64,000 nucleotides of DNA from Actinomycetes bacterium (GTDB taxonomy: Bacteria; Actinomycetota; Acidimicrobiia; Acidimicrobiales; JAKAOS01), in NCBI GenBank assembly GCA_021795215.1, contig JAJYPS010000001.1, forward strand, positions 728 through 64,727, in the 5' to 3' direction. Positions 26,760-35,158 of the stretch are shown here, one piece after another. Both the position numbers and the translations under genes were made by a program. The notes beneath the pieces were generated by a model. It was not told the origin of the DNA. It saw only the letters and a list, made by a program, of their open reading frames with translations, and searched no databases. Within the stretch, counting starts at the first letter, position 1. Each line of letters starts with the position of its first letter.

Positions 26760-27507
26760 CCGGCTCGGCGCCCGAACCGGCCAGTCCCTCCGGTGCATGG
26801 GGCCACTCGGGTGCCGAGGCAGCCATACCGGTAGACGCCTGCCCGGCCGGGCCTCCTCTCGGTGACACCCCGCAACATGACTCGATCATACGGCCGACGT
26901 GGGCGAATCCCGTCGCCGTTTGCAATCACCTGCCAGCAAGAGTAAGCCTTGGTCGCCGTACTCGCCGGCTTGCTTCGAAAGGAGCCAACCATTGCGTTGG
27001 AGTCGCACCTTGAAGCTCCCTCTGTCGAAAAGGGTGACCACCACCGCCGGCATCCTCCAAAGGCTGCCGGGCGGGAACCCGCGCCGCGGTCGACATCGCT
27101 CCCAGCACGCCACCAGACCGGTAGAGCTGACCGTGGTCGGAGCGCCGTTCGAACGGGCCGGCCGCCGGCTACCGTCCGATCTGCCGGTGACGCCGACGAT
27201 CGTGGCGGGCGCCCCGATAACGGTCGCAGGCGACGCAGCGTCGGCAGCCTCGGCAGGAGCCGCCGTTCCGAGCTCGCCACGCGCACGGATGGACCGTGCC
27301 CATGCGGCTGCAGGCCCGGCCGCCCTGCCTAGAGCATCTGCCTTTCGCACGTTCGTCACCTCTCCCCTGCCTCGGCGAATGTCGGGCAAGGTCCACCCTG
27401 CCAGGAGAAGCTTCACGCCCCCGCTTCCAGCGCCCCAGGGAGGCCGGTGGTACGGCGACAAGGCGATCTTCGCCGCACCGGCGTCGGGCGTGTACCGCTA
27501 CCTGGCT

Positions 27508-28884
27508 TCAGGTCCGCTGCACCTGACCAGCCCCGGCGGACCACACCACGTCGCCTGCGATTAGGACGTCCTGACCGACGACGGACACCACCCGATCGTC
27601 CAAGCCGATCGCCCCCGCGACGCTGTCGATCCCCAGCGCGCCCACGGCGTCCACCCCTTCCCCGAGGATGCGCGGCGATACTCCGACGACCAGCCTGTCC
27701 ACCAGACCAGAGGCCAGGAACGAAGTAATGACGCGGCCTCCACCCTCCACGAGGACGGACGTGACTCCGAGGCGGCGCAGCAGCAGCAGCGTTTCCGCCA
27801 ATGCCACTCCTCCGGGGCCGGGGGGAGCGTGGTGCACTGCGACACCCAACCGTTGCAGCAGCCGTTTTCGATCTGGATCGCAGTCGGCGAGGCTGACCAC
27901 GATGGTCCTGCCGCCGTCGGCGAAGATCCTCGCGTCGGACGGACTGCTGAGCGTGGAGTCCAGCACCACCCGGGCCGGCGAGCTCCCTTCGACCAGCCTT
28001 ACCGTCAGCTGTGGATCGTCCGTCTCGACGGTCGCCCGTCCCACCAGCACCGCGTCGCAGCTCGCCCGCAGCGAATGCGACACTGCCCGCTCCTCCTCCC
28101 CGCTCACCCAACGGGAGTCACCGGTTGCGGTGGCAAGGCGACCGTCCAGGCTCTGCGCGTACTTGAGCAGTACGTAAGGACGATCCGGACGTGCCCTGAC
28201 CGTCCCCATGAGGCGGCGCACGTCCGCTCCTTCGGCCGTCAGCTCGGGTAGCGCCCCTCCGAGAGGTTCCTGGTGGCCCATGCGGGACTCTTTTGTCCGG
28301 AGGTACTCGTGACTCCGGGCATGGGGGACCACAGGGACCGGAACTCTCTCCGCCACCCTCACCCCACATGCTTCTAGTGCCAGGGCCTTGTCCGGGTTGT
28401 TGGTCAGCAACCGGACCGACTGCACCCCGAGGCTGGAGAGCACCTGGGCCGCCGTCGTGTAGCTCCTGGCGTCTGCCGGCAGACCGAGGTGAAGGTTGGC
28501 GTCCACCGTGTCCGCCCCCAAGTCCTGCTCCGCATAGGCCATCAACTTCTTGACCAACCCGATGCCCCGGCCCTCGTGCCCGGTCACGTACAGCAGCACC
28601 CCTCGACCTGCCGCAGCTATCGAACGCAACGAGGCCTTCAGCTGGGAGCCGCAGTCGCAGCGGAGAGAGCCGAACGTGTCGCCGGTCAGGCACTCCGAAT
28701 GCAGCCGGGCCAGGACGTCTCGGCCGTCCCCCATGTCACCCAGGATCAGTGCGACGTACACCAGCCCCGGCGGCACGTCGAACGCTACGGCTTTGAACTC
28801 GCCGAACGGAGTGGGCAACTTGGCCGACGCGGACGCCCGGAGCTGCTCGCCTGCCTGCCCGTCCAGGGGGGAGAGAATCGACAT
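27508..28884 (-). CDS. fusion protein: GTP cyclohydrolase II (RibA) plus RibD C-terminal-type pyrimidine reductase
   Basis: N-terminal half: HSECLTGDTFGSLRCDCGSQL, GHEGRGIGL. C-terminal half: YAQSLDGRLATATGDSRWVSGEEERAVSHSLRASCDAVLVGRATVETDDPQLTVR, VLVEGGG. No deaminase or DHBP-synthase domain is present. Confidence 0.85.
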   Translation of the reverse strand: MSILSPLDGQAGEQLRASASAKLPTPFGEFKAVAFDVPPGLVYVALILGDMGDGRDVLARLHSECLTGDTFGSLRCDCGSQLKASLRSIAAAGRGVLLYVTGHEGRGIGLVKKLMAYAEQDLGADTVDANLHLGLPADARSYTTAAQVLSSLGVQSVRLLTNNPDKALALEACGVRVAERVPVPVVPHARSHEYLRTKESRMGHQEPLGGALPELTAEGADVRRLMGTVRARPDRPYVLLKYAQSLDGRLATATGDSRWVSGEEERAVSHSLRASCDAVLVGRATVETDDPQLTVRLVEGSSPARVVLDSTLSSPSDARIFADGGRTIVVSLADCDPDRKRLLQRLGVAVHHAPPGPGGVALAETLLLLRRLGVTSVLVEGGGRVITSFLASGLVDRLVVGVSPRILGEGVDAVGALGIDSVAGAIGLDDRVVSVVGQDVLIAGDVVWSAGAGQVQRT

Positions 28885-28908
28885 CACCCCGCCCTACCCT
28901 CGTCGCCG

Positions 28909-29970
28909 ATGACAGGAACAGGATGCGGCCATCCGGGGCCGGAAGACCACCCAAGGGGCTGGGGCGGGCCACCTTCCACGGCGAGAGCACTCCGGTTCCT
29001 CGGCCCCAGGGAGGTCGGCATCCGGGAAGTGGACGTGTCGACGCCGGTGGAGGGAGAAGCCACGGTCAGGACTCTGTGGTCCGGGATCAGCACCGGCAGC
29101 GAGCTGCTCGCCTATCGCGGTTCCATCCATCCCGCCACGGCGCTCGACGACTCCATCGGGAGCCTCGGGGGTACGTTCACCTACCCTTTCGGCTACGGGT
29201 ACAGCTGCGTGGGCGTCGTGGAGCGTTCCCGGTGCGACGTGGAGGAAGGCACCACCGTTTTCGCCTTCCATCCGCATCAGGAACGGTTCACGGTGCCCGC
29301 AGGGGAGATGGTCCGGTTGCCCGGTTCACTGGAGCCTCGCAACGGCGTGATGTTCCCAATGGTGGAGACGGCGCTCCAGATCGCGCTGGACGCAGGAGAT
29401 GTGAAGTCCGAGACGGTCGTAGTGACCGGGATGGGCGTAGTAGGTATCCTGACCGCGCTGCTGCTCTCCAGGAGCGGTGCAGCGGTGATCGGCTCCGAAC
29501 CTGCCTCCTGGCGCCGCCAGGCTGCGCTGCAGGCGGGCGTCGAGGCGGTCCACCCCTCGCAGCTGGCCGCCCGCTGCTCGGAGGCTACCTCCGGTGCAGG
29601 CGTGCCGCTGGTCGTCGAAGCCACCGGACGGCCGGAAGTTCTCGACGACTGCCTGGCTCTCTGCGCTCACGAAGGTACGGTGCTGGTCGCGTCGTGGTAC
29701 GGCACTCAACCGGTGCGGGTGGATCTCGGCGGCCGCTTCCACAGGCGAAGGCTCACCTTGAGAAGCACCCAGGTCTCGACCATTCCCGCCTCCCTGTCGC
29801 ATCGATGGACGGTCGCCAGACGGCGCAACTCCGCGCTGAGGCTGGCCGAAGAGCTGCCGCTGGGCCTCCTCGCAACCACCGAGGTCCCCTTCGAGCAGGC
29901 GGCTTCCGCCTACTCCATGCTGGACTCGCATGCCGAAGGAGTGATGCACGTCACGCTGCGGTATCACTGA
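28909..29970 (+). CDS. zinc-type medium-chain alcohol dehydrogenase/reductase family protein
   Basis: MDR-like layout with VVTGMGVVGILTALLL (Rossmann) and the N-terminal GroES-like part GEATVRTLWSGISTGSE. The first in-frame ATG is 28909, which leaves an odd 25-aa leader, so the start is uncertain. Confidence 0.75.
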   Translation: MTGTGCGHPGPEDHPRGWGGPPSTARALRFLGPREVGIREVDVSTPVEGEATVRTLWSGISTGSELLAYRGSIHPATALDDSIGSLGGTFTYPFGYGYSCVGVVERSRCDVEEGTTVFAFHPHQERFTVPAGEMVRLPGSLEPRNGVMFPMVETALQIALDAGDVKSETVVVTGMGVVGILTALLLSRSGAAVIGSEPASWRRQAALQAGVEAVHPSQLAARCSEATSGAGVPLVVEATGRPEVLDDCLALCAHEGTVLVASWYGTQPVRVDLGGRFHRRRLTLRSTQVSTIPASLSHRWTVARRRNSALRLAEELPLGLLATTEVPFEQAASAYSMLDSHAEGVMHVTLRYH

Positions 29971-29973
29971 GCG

Positions 29974-30375
29974 GTGCATGCAGCCAACGACGCAGCGTAC
30001 GAAACGGGCGACTCGGTCGAAGTGGTTGCGTTCCACTGCCAGCCCGGCCTCCCGCCACCCGAAGGGGTCCCCCACTCCCATCGCTATCGGCTCGCAGTGA
30101 CCCTGACCGGGGACCAGCTGGACGAGGAGGGCATGCTGGTCGACCTGGACCGGCTGGGGGCCGTCATGCGCGACGTGGCCGGCCGTATCGACCAACAGGA
30201 CTTGGACGTGGTGGTCGGGCCTTCGACGACGGTCGAGAGGCTGGCCCACTGGGTGCACGGTCGACTCTCGTCCGCCCTCGGCCCCGGCACCGACCGTCGG
30301 CTCCTTGCTGCGGTCAGGGTATGGGAGTCCGACACGGCGTTCGGGGGGTACTGCGCTCCTCTGGTCGACCGGTGA
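29974..30375 (+). CDS. 6-pyruvoyl-tetrahydropterin synthase / QueD-like (T-fold) protein
   Basis: AFH...PHSHRYRLAVTL (HxH-x-Y metal motif) and C-terminal WESDTAFGGY. GTG start 4 nt after the ADH stop. Confidence 0.7.
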   Translation: MHAANDAAYETGDSVEVVAFHCQPGLPPPEGVPHSHRYRLAVTLTGDQLDEEGMLVDLDRLGAVMRDVAGRIDQQDLDVVVGPSTTVERLAHWVHGRLSSALGPGTDRRLLAAVRVWESDTAFGGYCAPLVDR

Positions 30376-31511
30376 CCGGAGGGCCCGTCGAGACCGGGTC
30401 CCTGCTCGAAACGACTCTGCTGACGCTCGGCTCCCCTTCCACGCTCAGCGGCGGCTACCTCTACCACCAGCGAGTTGCCAGCCTGGCCCCCAACTGCGGT
30501 GCGCGGTTCCGGTTCGTGTCCTTCCCCGATCTTCCCTTTCCCCTGCCGGTCGCCGCGAGCCGCCGGGTCCTGGCGGAAGTCCTCGACCAGCGCCCCGACG
30601 TGGTGCTGGTCGACAGCATCGCCGCGGCGTACGCGACGTTCCTTCGGTCGAGGATCGCCCGGCGGGCTCCGATAGCGGTGATGATGCACCAGCCGCCCGG
30701 AGGGATGGAGCACGGCTGGTGCACTACAGCGGCTACCAGGATGCTGGACCGCCTGTTGCTCGCCCGCGCAGATCACGTGTTCGCGGCCAGTGAGAGTCTC
30801 GGGGAACCGCTCGCCCGCAGCGGCGTGGCTGCAGGCGCGGTGACGGTCGTGCCGCCTGGCTGCGACACGTCCAGCGGCGGATCCGACACTTCGGAGGCTG
30901 CAGGACCGAGTTGGGCGCACCTCCGCCGGGGCAGGCGGGCCGCAGTCGCCTGTGTCGCCAACTGGATTCCCCGAAAGGGCATCATGGAGCTTCTGGATGC
31001 CTTCGCGATGCTGCCCGACGACCAGGCCTTCCTCCATTTGGCCGGCGACGCCGACGTGGAGCCGGCATACGGAGCTGCCGTCAGGAACAGGCTGGCCGAG
31101 CCGGACCTTCGGGAGCGGGCGGAGATGCACGGCCGACTGTCGCCTGCCCAGGTGGCGGCGCTCTATGCAGGCGTGGACTTCTTCGCGCTGGCAAGCGTGC
31201 AGGAGCCCTACGGCACCGTCTACGGCGAGGCGATGGCAGCAGGACTGCCGGTAGTGGGTTGGCGTGCAGGAAACCTGCCCAACCTGGCCTCGGACGGCGT
31301 CGAGGGGCTGATGGCCGAACCGGGTGAAGTGAAAGCACTTTCGGCGGCGATGTCTCGGCTCGCTCGGGACGAGGTTCTGCGAGCCGAGATGGGAACGGCC
31401 GCCCTGCGGCGGGCCGACCAGTTCCCCACTTGGCAGGACACGACCTGCGCGCTGGTCGACGGCATGCGGCGTCTGGTGGCGCAGCGCGAGAGAAGCACTC
31501 TCACAGGATGA
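30372..31511 (+). CDS. glycosyltransferase family 4 (GT-B, group 1)
   Basis: GTGA overlap with the PTPS-like gene. The C-terminal half has EPYGTVYGEAMAAGLPVVG and GLMAEPG (E-x7-E region). The 862-aa track ORF is over-extended in its 5' part. Confidence 0.8.
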   Translation: MTGGPVETGSLLETTLLTLGSPSTLSGGYLYHQRVASLAPNCGARFRFVSFPDLPFPLPVAASRRVLAEVLDQRPDVVLVDSIAAAYATFLRSRIARRAPIAVMMHQPPGGMEHGWCTTAATRMLDRLLLARADHVFAASESLGEPLARSGVAAGAVTVVPPGCDTSSGGSDTSEAAGPSWAHLRRGRRAAVACVANWIPRKGIMELLDAFAMLPDDQAFLHLAGDADVEPAYGAAVRNRLAEPDLRERAEMHGRLSPAQVAALYAGVDFFALASVQEPYGTVYGEAMAAGLPVVGWRAGNLPNLASDGVEGLMAEPGEVKALSAAMSRLARDEVLRAEMGTAALRRADQFPTWQDTTCALVDGMRRLVAQRERSTLTG

Positions 31512-32617
31512 AAGTCACCCTCGTAGCCCCGACTCCGTTCGGCAGGGCCGGGATCTACGGCGGTGGCGAGCGGTACCCCCTCGAGCTGGGTCGCGCTCTG
31601 GCCCGTCACACGGAGTGCGAACTTGTGTCTTTCGGTGGCCGATCCGCCCAATGGCGAGAGTCCAGCGGCCTGATGAGACGTCAGGTGCGCTCCGTGGGCA
31701 CCCTGAGAGGCCATCCTGCCCACCCGATCGCGCCTCGTCTGCTGAGCGAGCTGCGCGGCAGCGATGTCGTCCACGTGCATCACCTGTACGCCTTGCCCAG
31801 TCAGGTCGCAGCACTGCTGGGCCGGTGCCGGGGCAACCGCGTGGTCGTGACCGACCACGGTCTGACAGGGCGATGGGCGGATCTGGTGGCGAAGCTGTAC
31901 CAGTGCCACCTGGCCGTGTCGGACTACTCCGCAAAGCGCGTACGGATCCCCCCGGAGAGGTCGCCGGTCGTCTACGGCGGAGCGGTCGACGCCATGTTCG
32001 ACGCGGGAGCCGCGAGAGCAGCCGGAGGCGACTCGACCAGGGCGGGACTGCTGTTCGTCGGACGGCTCACTCCCCACAAGGGCGTGGACCGGCTCATAAG
32101 AGCCTTGCCGGACGGAGTGCGGCTCACGGTCGTGGGAAGCGGTGGCCATGACGACAACGAGCCGGAACGGAGCTATCCCCAGCTCCTGCGGGGGATGGCC
32201 GCTGGGAAGGACGTGCATTTCGCCGGCCCCGTCGGGACCCCGCAATTGGCGACTTTGCTGGCAGCTTCCGAGGCCCTCGTGCTGCCGTCCGTGGAGCGCA
32301 CCTGTTTCGGTCGGCGGATAGAAGTCTCGGAACTGCTGGGGCTGGTCGCCCTGGAGGCCATGGCGGCAGGCACACCGGTCATCGCCAGCCGTCTGGGAGG
32401 TGTGCCCGAAGTCGTGCTGCACGGCGAGACCGGCCTCCTGGTCACTCCCGGGGACGTGACGGGACTGCGCTCCCGCATCGCCCAGCTGCACGGCGATCGG
32501 CGACTTGCACGACGCCTGGGAAGGACGGCCAGCGAGTGGGTCGCCTCGCGTTTCACGTGGGACCACGTCGCACTGCGCTGCCTGGCTGCTTACGAACAAG
32601 CGGGTTCGGTCGAATGA
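31508..32617 (+). CDS. glycosyltransferase family 4 (GT-B, group 1)
   Basis: ATGA overlap with the upstream GT. FVGRLTPHKGVD, GLVALEAMAAGTPVIAS and ETGLLVTPGD. Confidence 0.85.
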   Translation: MKVTLVAPTPFGRAGIYGGGERYPLELGRALARHTECELVSFGGRSAQWRESSGLMRRQVRSVGTLRGHPAHPIAPRLLSELRGSDVVHVHHLYALPSQVAALLGRCRGNRVVVTDHGLTGRWADLVAKLYQCHLAVSDYSAKRVRIPPERSPVVYGGAVDAMFDAGAARAAGGDSTRAGLLFVGRLTPHKGVDRLIRALPDGVRLTVVGSGGHDDNEPERSYPQLLRGMAAGKDVHFAGPVGTPQLATLLAASEALVLPSVERTCFGRRIEVSELLGLVALEAMAAGTPVIASRLGGVPEVVLHGETGLLVTPGDVTGLRSRIAQLHGDRRLARRLGRTASEWVASRFTWDHVALRCLAAYEQAGSVE

Positions 32618-32670
32618 GACCGAACCCGCTGAAGCTCGGGGCCCCGGAAGTCTGTCCCGCCGCCGACCGA

Positions 32671-33477
32671 TCATTCGGACGGGCGGCCCACCACGAGCAT
32701 CACCGGAGAATCGGCACGGAGCTCCGTGCCGTCGTAGTCCCCCGCCACGGACGTCACCTCGAGTCCGTGGCGGGCCAGCAGATGCTCCATCTCGTAGCGG
32801 TGCGCGTAGCGCAACTCCCACTCGAGCACGTCCTTGCGAACTGAACCGTCGGTGGCGACCAGCTCGTACACCGAACGGGTCGTGCGCAACTGAAGTGCCA
32901 GGTCGGTGGCGACCGTGGTCTCGGTGCGCAACACCGTTGCTCCGTCCAGCACGCCGGCCACGTCCTGCACGACCGATCCGGGCTGCCTCGCCATCCAGTC
33001 CAGCGTCGGGTGCAACAGATCCAGCACCAGCGTCCCCCCGGGCGCCAAGTGCCGCCTCATCCGCTCCACCGCCGAATGTTGTGCTTCGGCGGTGACCAGG
33101 TAGAAGAACGTCTTTACGGGCACAAGGACGAAATCGAACGTCCGGTCCAGCTCCAACGTCGTCATGTCCCCGTGGACCAGTTCCGTCCCGATCCCGCCAG
33201 GCCGGCGATGGGCCGAGAGCTTCGCCGCCGCTCGCTCCAGCATCGACGTCGAACTGTCGACACCCACCACGTCGAACCCGGCGCCGTCCAACGCAGTCGT
33301 CACCCGACCCGTGCCGCATCCCAGTTCCAACACCGATGCCCTCCTCGTCCGGCCCCGGAGCAACCGCAGGTAGAACGGGATGTCGGCGTCGAAGTGGAAG
33401 CTGTCGTACAGAAGCGGCATGTGCTCCGTATGCCACATGGAGCAGCCGGGACCGTCTCCGGACCGGTACTCGCTCAT
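32671..33477 (-). CDS. class I SAM-dependent methyltransferase
   Basis: VLELGCGTGRVTTAL...VVGVDSS motif I. Its ATG overlaps the dnaB stop (ATGA). Confidence 0.85.
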   Translation of the reverse strand: MSEYRSGDGPGCSMWHTEHMPLLYDSFHFDADIPFYLRLLRGRTRRASVLELGCGTGRVTTALDGAGFDVVGVDSSTSMLERAAAKLSAHRRPGGIGTELVHGDMTTLELDRTFDFVLVPVKTFFYLVTAEAQHSAVERMRRHLAPGGTLVLDLLHPTLDWMARQPGSVVQDVAGVLDGATVLRTETTVATDLALQLRTTRSVYELVATDGSVRKDVLEWELRYAHRYEMEHLLARHGLEVTSVAGDYDGTELRADSPVMLVVGRPSE

Positions 33478-34835
33478 ACCCTGGCCATGTTTGCGAAACG
33501 GGCGTAGTGATCCAAGAAGGCGAGCTGCGTGATGCCAGTCGGGCCGTTGCGGTGCTTCGCCACTATCACCTCGGCCGTCCCGCGGTCGTTCGACTCCTGG
33601 TTGTAGATCTCGTCCCGGTAGATGAAGAGGACCACGTCCGCGTCCTGCTCCAGGGAGCCCGACTCCCGAAGGTCAGCCAACACGGGCCGCTTGTCGGCCC
33701 TCATCTCCAGGTTCCGGGAGAGCTGCGACAGGGCCACCACCGGGACCGACAGCTCCCTGGCGAGGATCTTCAGTCCCCTGCTGATCTCCGACACCTCCAC
33801 TTGGCGGTTCTCGGCGCTGGTCCGGCCGGACATCAGCTGGAGGTAGTCCACTACCACCAGACCGAGGCCGGACTTGCTCTTCAGCCGGCGCGCCTTTGCT
33901 CTGATCTCCATCACGGTCAGGTTCGGATTGTCGTCCACGAACATAGGCGCTTCACCCAGCCTTCCAATGGCGTGGCTCAACTTCGGCCAGTCGGACTCCA
34001 GCAAGCGACCATTCCTCACCCTGCTGGAGTCCACCCTCGCTTCCCCGCACAGCAGCCTCTGGGTGATCTCCAGATGGCTCATCTCCAGCGAGAAGACCAG
34101 CGTCGGTACTCGCCTCTCCATCGCCGCATGAGCCGCCATGCCCAGAGCGAAGCTGGTCTTACCCATGCCCGGCCTGGCCCCCACTATGACCAGGTTGGAC
34201 GGCTGCAGCCCCGACAGCCGCTCGTCCAGCTCGTGGTATCCCGTGGGGACGCCGGTTATGGCTTCCTCCCTGCCGTACAGAGCCTCCAGGTTGTCCAGCG
34301 TCTGCGCCAGAAGGTCCTTGAGCGGCGACATGGTGTCCGACGCCTTCCGCTGCGCGACTTCGAACACCAGCGTCTCCGCCCTGTCCAGAGCAGCGGTCAC
34401 GTCCTCGGGGACCTCGTAACCGATGTCTGCTATCTCCGTCGCGACACCGATCAGACGCCGCAGCAGAGCATGCTCTTCCACGATCGATGCGTAGCGAGCG
34501 GCATTGGAGATGGTGGGCGTGTTGGCTTGCAGGCCGATCAGGAAAGGCGGCCCACCGATCTGGTCACCCACATTGGTCCTGCGCAGCTCGTCTGCCACCG
34601 TCACGGGATCGGCGGGCTCTCCTCTGGCGTAAAGGGAGGAGATGGCGGCGAACACCTGCGCGTGTGCCGGCTTGTAGAAGTCCGCTGCGGAGCATCTCTC
34701 GATGGCAGTTGCGATCGCATCCCGCGACAGCAGCATCGCCCCCAGCAGCGACGCCTCCGCTTCGATGTCGTGAGGAACGGTCCTGGTGGAGTCGTTCGGA
34801 GGCCGGCTGCGGGCGGCGTTAAGAGAATGGACCAC
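33474..34835 (-). CDS. dnaB: replicative DNA helicase DnaB
   Basis: PHDIEAEASLLGAML, Walker A GARPGMGKTSFAL, and 453 aa with no intein-sized insertion. Confidence 0.95.
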   Translation of the reverse strand: MVHSLNAARSRPPNDSTRTVPHDIEAEASLLGAMLLSRDAIATAIERCSAADFYKPAHAQVFAAISSLYARGEPADPVTVADELRRTNVGDQIGGPPFLIGLQANTPTISNAARYASIVEEHALLRRLIGVATEIADIGYEVPEDVTAALDRAETLVFEVAQRKASDTMSPLKDLLAQTLDNLEALYGREEAITGVPTGYHELDERLSGLQPSNLVIVGARPGMGKTSFALGMAAHAAMERRVPTLVFSLEMSHLEITQRLLCGEARVDSSRVRNGRLLESDWPKLSHAIGRLGEAPMFVDDNPNLTVMEIRAKARRLKSKSGLGLVVVDYLQLMSGRTSAENRQVEVSEISRGLKILARELSVPVVALSQLSRNLEMRADKRPVLADLRESGSLEQDADVVLFIYRDEIYNQESNDRGTAEVIVAKHRNGPTGITQLAFLDHYARFANMARV

Positions 34836-35106
34836 GGCCGATTACCTTTGCCCGACTCGCCTGGGGATCGCTAGAGGAACAAACGTGTGGAATCTCGGTG
34901 CAAAACTTGGGTAAAAGGCGTTGCTCCTGTGGACAGTCCCCTGCCACCCCGGCGATCAGCACAGTCACGTCGCGCCGGCTGGCTCCACAAAACGACATGA
35001 CCCAGATCAAAGCCGACGGGTGAGACAGTCTCAGAACGGTCACGGGGCGCGGGGGCGCGGCGGCCTCGAGTGGAGGCGCAGGCGAGCTCGCCTCGCTGGA
35101 GAGCGA

Positions 35107-35140
35107 AGAGCGCCTACCCCCTCCGGGAGGTAGGCGCTCT
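35107..35140 (-). terminator. 12-bp perfect stem-loop just downstream of rplI (candidate intrinsic terminator, no U-tract)
   Basis: agagcgcctacc (35107-35118) pairs with ggtaggcgctct (35129-35140). A second palindrome, aggcgagctcgcct, lies about 15 bp further on. Confidence 0.4.
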
Positions 35141-35158
35141 CATATGCTCTCGGGTCGC

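Noticed and set aside
28885-28908. FMN riboswitch expected upstream of a riboflavin-type gene
   Set aside because: Only 24 bp separate the rib-fusion start from the divergent ADH gene, so there is no room for a ~130-nt FMN element. I saw none upstream within the ADH coding region either.
28923-31511. 862-aa plus-strand ORF read as one gene
   Set aside because: Only its last 380 codons (from GTG 30372) look like a protein (GT4). The 5' part is out of frame with the clearly coding ADH and PTPS-like genes.
31220-33436. 738-aa minus-strand ORF across the GT4 and methyltransferase genes
   Set aside because: It is a shadow ORF whose low-complexity translation conflicts with well-supported genes in other frames.
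34836-35158. Possible tRNA or small RNA in the 323-bp dnaB-rplI spacer
   Set aside because: No cloverleaf-compatible arms or conserved T-loop (GTTCRANYC) were seen. The structured parts are better explained as the rplI terminator hairpins and the dnaB promoter/DnaA boxes.
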